Positions 18,433 through 24,000 of a stretch of 24,000 nucleotides of DNA are shown piece by piece (position 1 is the stretch's first letter; each line of letters starts with the position of its first letter). The DNA comes from Escherichia coli (lineage in GTDB: Bacteria > Pseudomonadota > Gammaproteobacteria > Enterobacterales > Enterobacteriaceae). The stretch is taken from assembly GCF_048568975.1 (NCBI RefSeq), contig NZ_CP074785.1. The stretch is one strand, 5' to 3'. The translations under genes and the position numbers were made by a program. Below the pieces are notes generated by a model. It had not been told where the DNA came from, did no database searches, and saw nothing but the letters and a program-made list of their open reading frames with translations.

Positions 18433-20250
18433 ATGTATGATTTTATCACTATAATGTATGATGTCTTTTCATGTTTTGGTGTTCTGGCTAAAAACCAGAA
18501 TACCCGTGACATCCGAAATATTAAAAATTTTTCCTCACATCAATATTCACTGGGCGACATGTTTGATGAATTAATAAACATTATTGATAAAGAACAAGTA
18601 TTGAGTACAGAACAACGAAAAGTTATATTTAGGAGATATGAAGATCTCTATGTTAAGCTAATGCACTATTCTGTTTTTACAGACAAAACACATCAAATAA
18701 TAAAACAAAAATATTTTAATGACATTGTACCAATGATTCTCGCACTCGACATCAGGAACACATATCGCCCGGATAATGAGATGGCATTTTACTATCATAT
18801 TCATTCTTTTCTCACTCAGATACCGGATAATGAGGATGATATATATCATGCTGCAAGGACATATCTGCGAAATTACGTTAAGTTATGTTTATCCGGATAC
18901 ACACCAGCGAATGCGCATTTCAAAGATATCTTTGATGGCGTATATGAATTCATTCGTAATATTCGCAAAAACAGTACACCAGGAAAAACAAAACTTATCG
19001 CAACTATCAACACATGCAAAGAAACCTGTAAACATCTGCTTTATTTAAGTAATGAAGACAAGGAAAAAATAATTTCTGACTTAGATAAAATTCAAGTTGC
19101 ATGTTATTATCTCACTATATTACTGGCTTTCGAAAGACGAACTTCATTAACAAGCACCCTGGCAACTTTATATAAAATGCTGATAAGCGAAAGAGAAGTT
19201 TCAGAATATGAATGCCAGTTATTATATTTAACCAACCCAATAGATGTAATGAATATACTGAACAAATACATATATTACTTTCCTAATGAGAACTCACCAT
19301 TTTATACACTGAAAATTGACAGTGCATTATCGTGGGATGCCATTGACGCAATACGAGACTATAGTATTTCTGATATTTATCTTTATCCTGAACAAAAAAC
19401 AATAAATTGTGTCGTTGAGATTGAAAACATTGTCTTTGGCGGTTACATTTATACATTGAACAACGGCGTCACATTACAAAACATAGAAAACACTTTAAAA
19501 GATTCTTCATGCCATTATGTCTTAAATGGCTATACAGAATTTGTTAACTGTTTGAGACAACTTACTTCAGGAAAGACTGAAAGTGTTCATCGCACCATCA
19601 ATAAACTGAACTATGAGAAATTACCTTTTGGATTTATCATTGCCGCGTTTGCTATACTAAAGATAGCATTTAAAATAAAATTCAGTAAAAATCATGTAAA
19701 TATCCGAGCATTATTAAATGACATCAATTATTTTATGACTTATCAGGGCGAGTCCATTAACCTTATTTCACTGGATCACGAATACCCAGAGTCCTGTCTT
19801 CAAAATGACACAAACACATATTTATTAGGAAGAGTAATATTTCTGTATAACTCAATGATTTATAAGTTCATAAACTGTCAGGAACATGAAACCAATAACA
19901 TTCACTCAGCTATGATAAATAACCTATTACAGGAAGTTGATATAGCCCTTGGTAAAATAAATAACATTATAGACAGCAGAAACATATCAGCCCCCCATGA
20001 ACTGGCAAATATTCTTACCCGCGAAAAAATACTTACAACACGGGAAAAAAAAGGAAACCTGATAAGCCTGTTTGATGGATTCACTTTATTCCATTGTGTT
20101 GGAATGATAACCTTTCTTATCCATTATCTCAGAACACCTGAAGAAAAAGTTGAAAATATATTTATGTTATATGGTGCAGATAAAAACAATAAACTACGCA
20201 GAAGACTGATTTATGACGCACTAGGAATAATTCAGTCTCAGCAGGAGTGA
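18433..20250 (+). CDS. uncharacterised 605-aa AT-rich protein in the int-alpA cargo position
   Basis: Long ORF with RBS AAGGAG at 18421-18426 before ATG 18433, ending at a strong hairpin. No family recognised from the sequence. Confidence 0.8.
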   Translation: MYDFITIMYDVFSCFGVLAKNQNTRDIRNIKNFSSHQYSLGDMFDELINIIDKEQVLSTEQRKVIFRRYEDLYVKLMHYSVFTDKTHQIIKQKYFNDIVPMILALDIRNTYRPDNEMAFYYHIHSFLTQIPDNEDDIYHAARTYLRNYVKLCLSGYTPANAHFKDIFDGVYEFIRNIRKNSTPGKTKLIATINTCKETCKHLLYLSNEDKEKIISDLDKIQVACYYLTILLAFERRTSLTSTLATLYKMLISEREVSEYECQLLYLTNPIDVMNILNKYIYYFPNENSPFYTLKIDSALSWDAIDAIRDYSISDIYLYPEQKTINCVVEIENIVFGGYIYTLNNGVTLQNIENTLKDSSCHYVLNGYTEFVNCLRQLTSGKTESVHRTINKLNYEKLPFGFIIAAFAILKIAFKIKFSKNHVNIRALLNDINYFMTYQGESINLISLDHEYPESCLQNDTNTYLLGRVIFLYNSMIYKFINCQEHETNNIHSAMINNLLQEVDIALGKINNIIDSRNISAPHELANILTREKILTTREKKGNLISLFDGFTLFHCVGMITFLIHYLRTPEEKVENIFMLYGADKNNKLRRRLIYDALGIIQSQQE

Positions 20251-20272
20251 AACGTTAAAACAGGCAAATTGT

Positions 20273-20317
20273 TTTTTATAAACAGGAGATTGTTGAGTAA
20301 TCCCCTGTTTATAAAAA
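20273..20317. terminator. bidirectional rho-independent terminator between the convergent 605-aa gene and integrase
   Basis: TTTTTATAAACAGG (20273-20286) and CCTGTTTATAAAAA (20304-20317): perfect 14-bp arms, extending about 5 bp inward with one mismatch. Confidence 0.85.
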
Positions 20318-20437
20318 TACGCTTTCCTGACGATCTGATAATTATCAGCTCAATACATTTGACATAAAAGCGGTTCCTTAATTACTACTGCTACGATCAC
20401 ATATCAAATCATGATCGTACAATATACATTTTCACTA

Positions 20438-21640
20438 TTATTTATTCACAATTTGAGACATCACATAATCCGCCCATGCCTGCATCATCGGTACACGCTG
20501 CTCCAGTAGATCAGTACGATGATATGCCGCCTCAACCTTATTTTTCAGCGTATGAGCGAGCGCCCTTTCCGCCAGATCCCGCGAATACCCCTGTTCACTA
20601 CACCAGTCCCTGAATGTTGAGCGAAAACCATGTGCCGTGGCAACTCGCCCCGGAATGTCACTGACGGCTTTCTTTTTACGCAGAAAACTTGTCAACACCA
20701 TATCGGAAAGGATCTGCTGCTTTCTGGGTGAAGGGAACACCAGTTCATCATGCAGGCCACGTATATTTTCCAGAATGTAAATAGCCTGCCGGGATAAAGG
20801 AACACGATGCTGTAGCCTGGCTTTCATTCTTTCTGCAGGTATAGTCCATACCCGCTTATGAAAATCAATTTCAGCCCAGCGCATTCCCCTGGCTTCGCCC
20901 GAGCGAGTTGCTGTAAGTATCACCATTAATAACAGTGCGCGGGTAACATTATAAGGTTCATCGGTATACACACTGGTCGCCACAAAAAGCGGTAACTGCC
21001 TCCAGGGCATTGCGGGTTGGTGTTCATCACGTCCTCTTGTCTGCTGAGGAAGCAAATGGTCAACCACATCAACAGGATTTGCCACACAAAAACCGTGCGC
21101 CCATCCCCACTGCATAACAACATGAATGCGCTGTTTAACCCGGCTTGCCGTTTCTGACAAGGTTAACCAGACTGGACGCAGTGTTTCTGCCACGTCCGCA
21201 GCCGTAATCGAATCCAGCGTTTTTGCTCCCAGTTGAGGAAACGCGTAATTCTCAAGCGTCGATAACCACTGCCTTACATGCTTTGGATTTTCCCATCCAG
21301 GAGACAGTTCTGCATGTACACGCCTGGCTGCATCGGCAAATGTTGGGATAGCGACTTTCTCAGATTCAGCCTTTTTAATCTCCAGAGGATCATCACCTGC
21401 AGCAAGTTGCTCTCGCATTATCCGGGCAGTACGTGCAGCTTCAGCAATACTGACCTCTGGGTAAGTTCCCAATCCAGCATTACGTCTTTTTTGTGTCACC
21501 GGACTTACATAACGAAAAACCCATTTCCCCCGCCCCTTTACTGAAGAAGGATGAAGGGTCAGTCCGGTAATTCCCCCATGGGGCAATGGTTTGTCATCAG
21601 GTTTGATATGTCTTGCTTTCGTATCCGTCAATACTGCCAT
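20438..21640 (-). CDS. P4-like tyrosine recombinase / integrase
   Basis: 400 aa; MAVLTDTKARHIKPDDKPLPHGGITGLTLHPSSVKGRGKWVFRYVSPVTQKRRNAGLGTYPEVSIAEAARTARIMREQLAAGDDP...TATRSGEARGMRWAEIDF...TAHGFRSTFRDWCSEQGYSRDLAERALAHT: catalytic R...HxxR motifs of P4-type integrases. Confidence 0.92.
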   Translation of the reverse strand: MAVLTDTKARHIKPDDKPLPHGGITGLTLHPSSVKGRGKWVFRYVSPVTQKRRNAGLGTYPEVSIAEAARTARIMREQLAAGDDPLEIKKAESEKVAIPTFADAARRVHAELSPGWENPKHVRQWLSTLENYAFPQLGAKTLDSITAADVAETLRPVWLTLSETASRVKQRIHVVMQWGWAHGFCVANPVDVVDHLLPQQTRGRDEHQPAMPWRQLPLFVATSVYTDEPYNVTRALLLMVILTATRSGEARGMRWAEIDFHKRVWTIPAERMKARLQHRVPLSRQAIYILENIRGLHDELVFPSPRKQQILSDMVLTSFLRKKKAVSDIPGRVATAHGFRSTFRDWCSEQGYSRDLAERALAHTLKNKVEAAYHRTDLLEQRVPMMQAWADYVMSQIVNK

Positions 21641-21793
21641 ACGCTAATTCCCGTCACTCTGGTATGCCATCCAGTATGCCATTAGTCTCTCGCTTCACTA
21701 AGAATACATTAGATAATATCGGACAACAAAAAGTGTAATACATTGTTTATAATTAAATTATATAACACCCCTGGATTAAGTCAGATTTATTTC

Positions 21794-21813
21794 AGGCGGT
21801 CCCCCTCACCGCC
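21794..21813 (+). other. 3'-end remnant of tRNA-Ser (serW/serX-like): island attachment-site copy
   Basis: GGCGGTCCCCCTCACCGCCA resembles the 3' end and CCA of the serW/serX tRNA-Ser. No tRNA 5' part precedes it. Followed by the presumed tRNA terminator and lies between integrase and clpA. Confidence 0.75.
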
Positions 21814-21827
21814 ATATTTAAAGAAGA

Positions 21828-21855
21828 GCTCGTACGAAAGTGCGAGCTTTTTTTT
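21828..21855 (+). terminator. rho-independent terminator, presumably of the tRNA-Ser gene
   Basis: GCTCGTAC-GAAA-GTGCGAGC followed by 8 T residues (one wobble pair). Confidence 0.85.
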
Positions 21856-21857
21856 CG

Positions 21858-21945
21858 CATTTTATCTGTCTGTACGGCAGTGAACGCGTTCGCAAAGGTT
21901 TTACCGCACCCCGTCGATTTCTAAGCTGCCTGTACGGCAGTGAAC
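21858..21945 (-). CRISPR. minimal type I-F CRISPR remnant: one canonical repeat, one 32-nt spacer, one degenerate terminal repeat; no cas genes in window
   Basis: Minus strand 21945-21918 reads GTTCACTGCCGTACAGGCAGCTTAGAAA, the enterobacterial I-F repeat. 21885-21858 is a diverged copy (22/28). Spacer 21886-21917, minus strand TCGACGGGGTGCGGTAAAACCTTTGCGAACGC. Period is exactly 60. Confidence 0.85.
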
Positions 21946-22156
21946 TCAAATACTACACGTTTAGCCCGTTGTTAATAAAGCAAAACCATCCCATTCTCCT
22001 GCAGCACCCTTTTTTATCCTTACCTTCCCGCAGCACTAATTATCAACAACTTACCATCATCATTAAAAAAGGGTCTGAACCTCCTCCACCCCATAAACAA
22101 AAAGTCCGTAACCTCTTTCGAGATTACGGACTTGACCAACCTACCTAACAATCAGA

Positions 22157-24000
22157 TTAATGCGCTGCTTCCGCCTTGTGCTTTTGTGCACTCTGGAATC
22201 CGTAAGTCAGCTCATTTTTCTCTTTATCCAGCGCGACGGTGACCTGACCGCCGTCCACCAGCGAACCAAACAGCAGTTCGTTGGCGAGCGGTTTTTTCAG
22301 GTTGTCCTGGATGACACGCGCCATCGGACGTGCGCCCATTGCCCGGTCGTAACCTTTCTCGGCCAGCCAGTTACGCGCTTCCTGGCTCACTTCCAGAGAA
22401 ACACCTTTCTGATCCAGCTGAACCTGCAACTCGACGATGAATTTATCCACCACCTGATGGATCACGTCGGTTGACAGATGATCAAACCAGATAATGTTGT
22501 CGAGACGGTTACGGAATTCCGGTGTAAAGATCTTCTTGATCTCCTCCATCGCATCGGTGCTGTTATCCTGGTGGATAAGACCAATGGATTTACGCTCAGT
22601 TTCACGTACCCCGGCGTTGGTGGTCATCACCAGCACCACGTTACGGAAGTCCGCTTTGCGTCCGTTGTTATCGGTCAGCGTACCGTTGTCCATCACCTGC
22701 AACAGAATATTGAACACGTCCGGATGCGCTTTCTCGATTTCGTCCAGCAACAGCACCGCATGTGGATGCTTGATGACCGCATCAGTCAGCAAACCTCCCT
22801 GATCAAAACCAACGTATCCCGGAGGCGCACCAATCAGACGGCTGACGGTATGGCGTTCCATATACTCGGACATATCAAAGCGCAGCAGCTCAATGCCCAA
22901 CGCTTTCGAAAGCTGTACCGTCACCTCTGTTTTCCCGACCCCGGTAGGGCCGGCAAACAGGAACGAACCAACCGGTTTATGTTCGTGACCTAAACCTGCA
23001 CGCGCCATCTTAATGGCTTCAGTCAGCGCCTCAATGGCTTTATCCTGACCGAAGACCAGCATTTTCAGGCGATCGCCGAGGTTTTTCAGGGTATCGCGGT
23101 CACTCTGAGAAACACTCTTCTCTGGAATGCGCGCAATACGGGCCACCACGGACTCAATATCCGCCACATTAACGGTTTTCTTGCGTTTGCTTACCGGCAT
23201 CAGGCGTGCGCGAGCGCCCGCTTCGTCGATAACGTCAATGGCTTTATCCGGCAGATGACGATCGTTAATGTATTTCACCGCCAGCTCTACCGCTGCACGC
23301 ACCGCTTTTGCGGTATAACGCACGTCGTGGTGCGCTTCATACTTCGGTTTCAGGCCATTGATGATTTGAACAGTTTCTTCGATCGACGGTTCAGTAATAT
23401 CAATTTTCTGGAAGCGACGCGCCAGAGCACGGTCTTTCTCGAAAATGTTGCTGAACTCCTGATAGGTTGTCGAACCAATTACGCGAATTTTACCGCTGGA
23501 GAGCAACGGTTTGATCAGGTTAGCCGCATCGACCTGGCCACCAGACGCTGCACCCGCACCGATAATGGTGTGGATCTCATCAATAAACAGGATGCTGTTA
23601 GTGTCCTGCTCCAGCTGCTTGAGCAACGCTTTAAAACGTTTTTCAAAGTCGCCGCGATATTTAGTGCCCGCTAACAGAGAACCGATATCGAGAGAGTAAA
23701 TCGTACAGTCAGCCATCACTTCCGGCACATCGCCCTGAACAATTCGCCAGGCAAGACCTTCCGCAATCGCGGTTTTACCGACACCAGATTCCCCCACCAG
23801 CAGCGGGTTGTTTTTACGGCGACGGCAGAGAACCTGAATAGCACGCTCCAGCTCCTTCTCACGACCAATCAGTGGGTCGATTCCGCCCACGCGCGCAAGC
23901 TGATTCAGGTTCGTCGTGAAATTCTCCATACGTTCCTCCCCACCAGCTTGTTCTTCGCTGTTTGGCTGGCTGCCAGGATCAGAAGACTGTGTCGGCTCGT
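22157..24000 (-). CDS. clpA: ATP-dependent Clp protease ATP-binding subunit ClpA; N-terminus lies beyond the right window edge
   Basis: [79 protein letters not shown]...[55 protein letters not shown]. The track ORF begins at internal Met (23929), but upstream codons (...[14 protein letters not shown]) continue in frame to 24000. Confidence 0.97.
   Translation of the reverse strand, partial: EPTQSSDPGSQPNSEEQAGGEERMENFTTNLNQLARVGGIDPLIGREKELERAIQVLCRRRKNNPLLVGESGVGKTAIAEGLAWRIVQGDVPEVMADCTIYSLDIGSLLAGTKYRGDFEKRFKALLKQLEQDTNSILFIDEIHTIIGAGAASGGQVDAANLIKPLLSSGKIRVIGSTTYQEFSNIFEKDRALARRFQKIDITEPSIEETVQIINGLKPKYEAHHDVRYTAKAVRAAVELAVKYINDRHLPDKAIDVIDEAGARARLMPVSKRKKTVNVADIESVVARIARIPEKSVSQSDRDTLKNLGDRLKMLVFGQDKAIEALTEAIKMARAGLGHEHKPVGSFLFAGPTGVGKTEVTVQLSKALGIELLRFDMSEYMERHTVSRLIGAPPGYVGFDQGGLLTDAVIKHPHAVLLLDEIEKAHPDVFNILLQVMDNGTLTDNNGRKADFRNVVLVMTTNAGVRETERKSIGLIHQDNSTDAMEEIKKIFTPEFRNRLDNIIWFDHLSTDVIHQVVDKFIVELQVQLDQKGVSLEVSQEARNWLAEKGYDRAMGARPMARVIQDNLKKPLANELLFGSLVDGGQVTVALDKEKNELTYGFQSAQKHKAEAAH

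Noticed and set aside
22530-22993. Possible retron or DGR reverse transcriptase anywhere in the window
   Set aside because: No YxDD-type reverse transcriptase motif or template/variable repeat pair was seen on either strand while reading the ORF translations.
22160-23699. Plus-strand ORFs across clpA (22160..22474, 22478..22993, 23255..23674 and others)
   Set aside because: Antisense shadows of clpA, a well-conserved housekeeping gene.

Overview
E. coli/Shigella-type chromosomal window ending in clpA. A mosaic genomic island sits at the 3' end of a serine tRNA gene (serW/serX type). Left to right: (1) a contact-dependent-inhibition type two-partner secretion pair on the minus strand, with cdiA open to the window edge and cdiB complete. 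(2) An overlapping two-gene module, a HipA-like kinase followed by a protein with a HipA-N1/HipS-like N-terminus and a HIRAN-like C-terminus, with no HipB-like gene. (3) A graveyard of gene remnants: a fragment resembling a TOTE-type helicase, an orphan ORF end and a broken ISL3-family transposase. (4) A KAP-family P-loop NTPase split in frame by a 1264-bp IS600 with a 3-bp TSD; excision in silico restores one 806-codon ORF (746 aa from the likelier start). (5) A CP4-57-like core in the order yfjJ, yfjI, partial yfjI duplicate, alpA, degraded IS1-family element, orphan 605-aa AT-rich ORF, integrase. (6) The tRNA-Ser 3' att remnant with its terminator, then a one-spacer type I-F CRISPR relic without cas genes, then clpA. 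The best candidates for undescribed biology are the HipA-kinase/HIRAN pair and the 605-aa orphan ORF in the int-alpA cargo slot.
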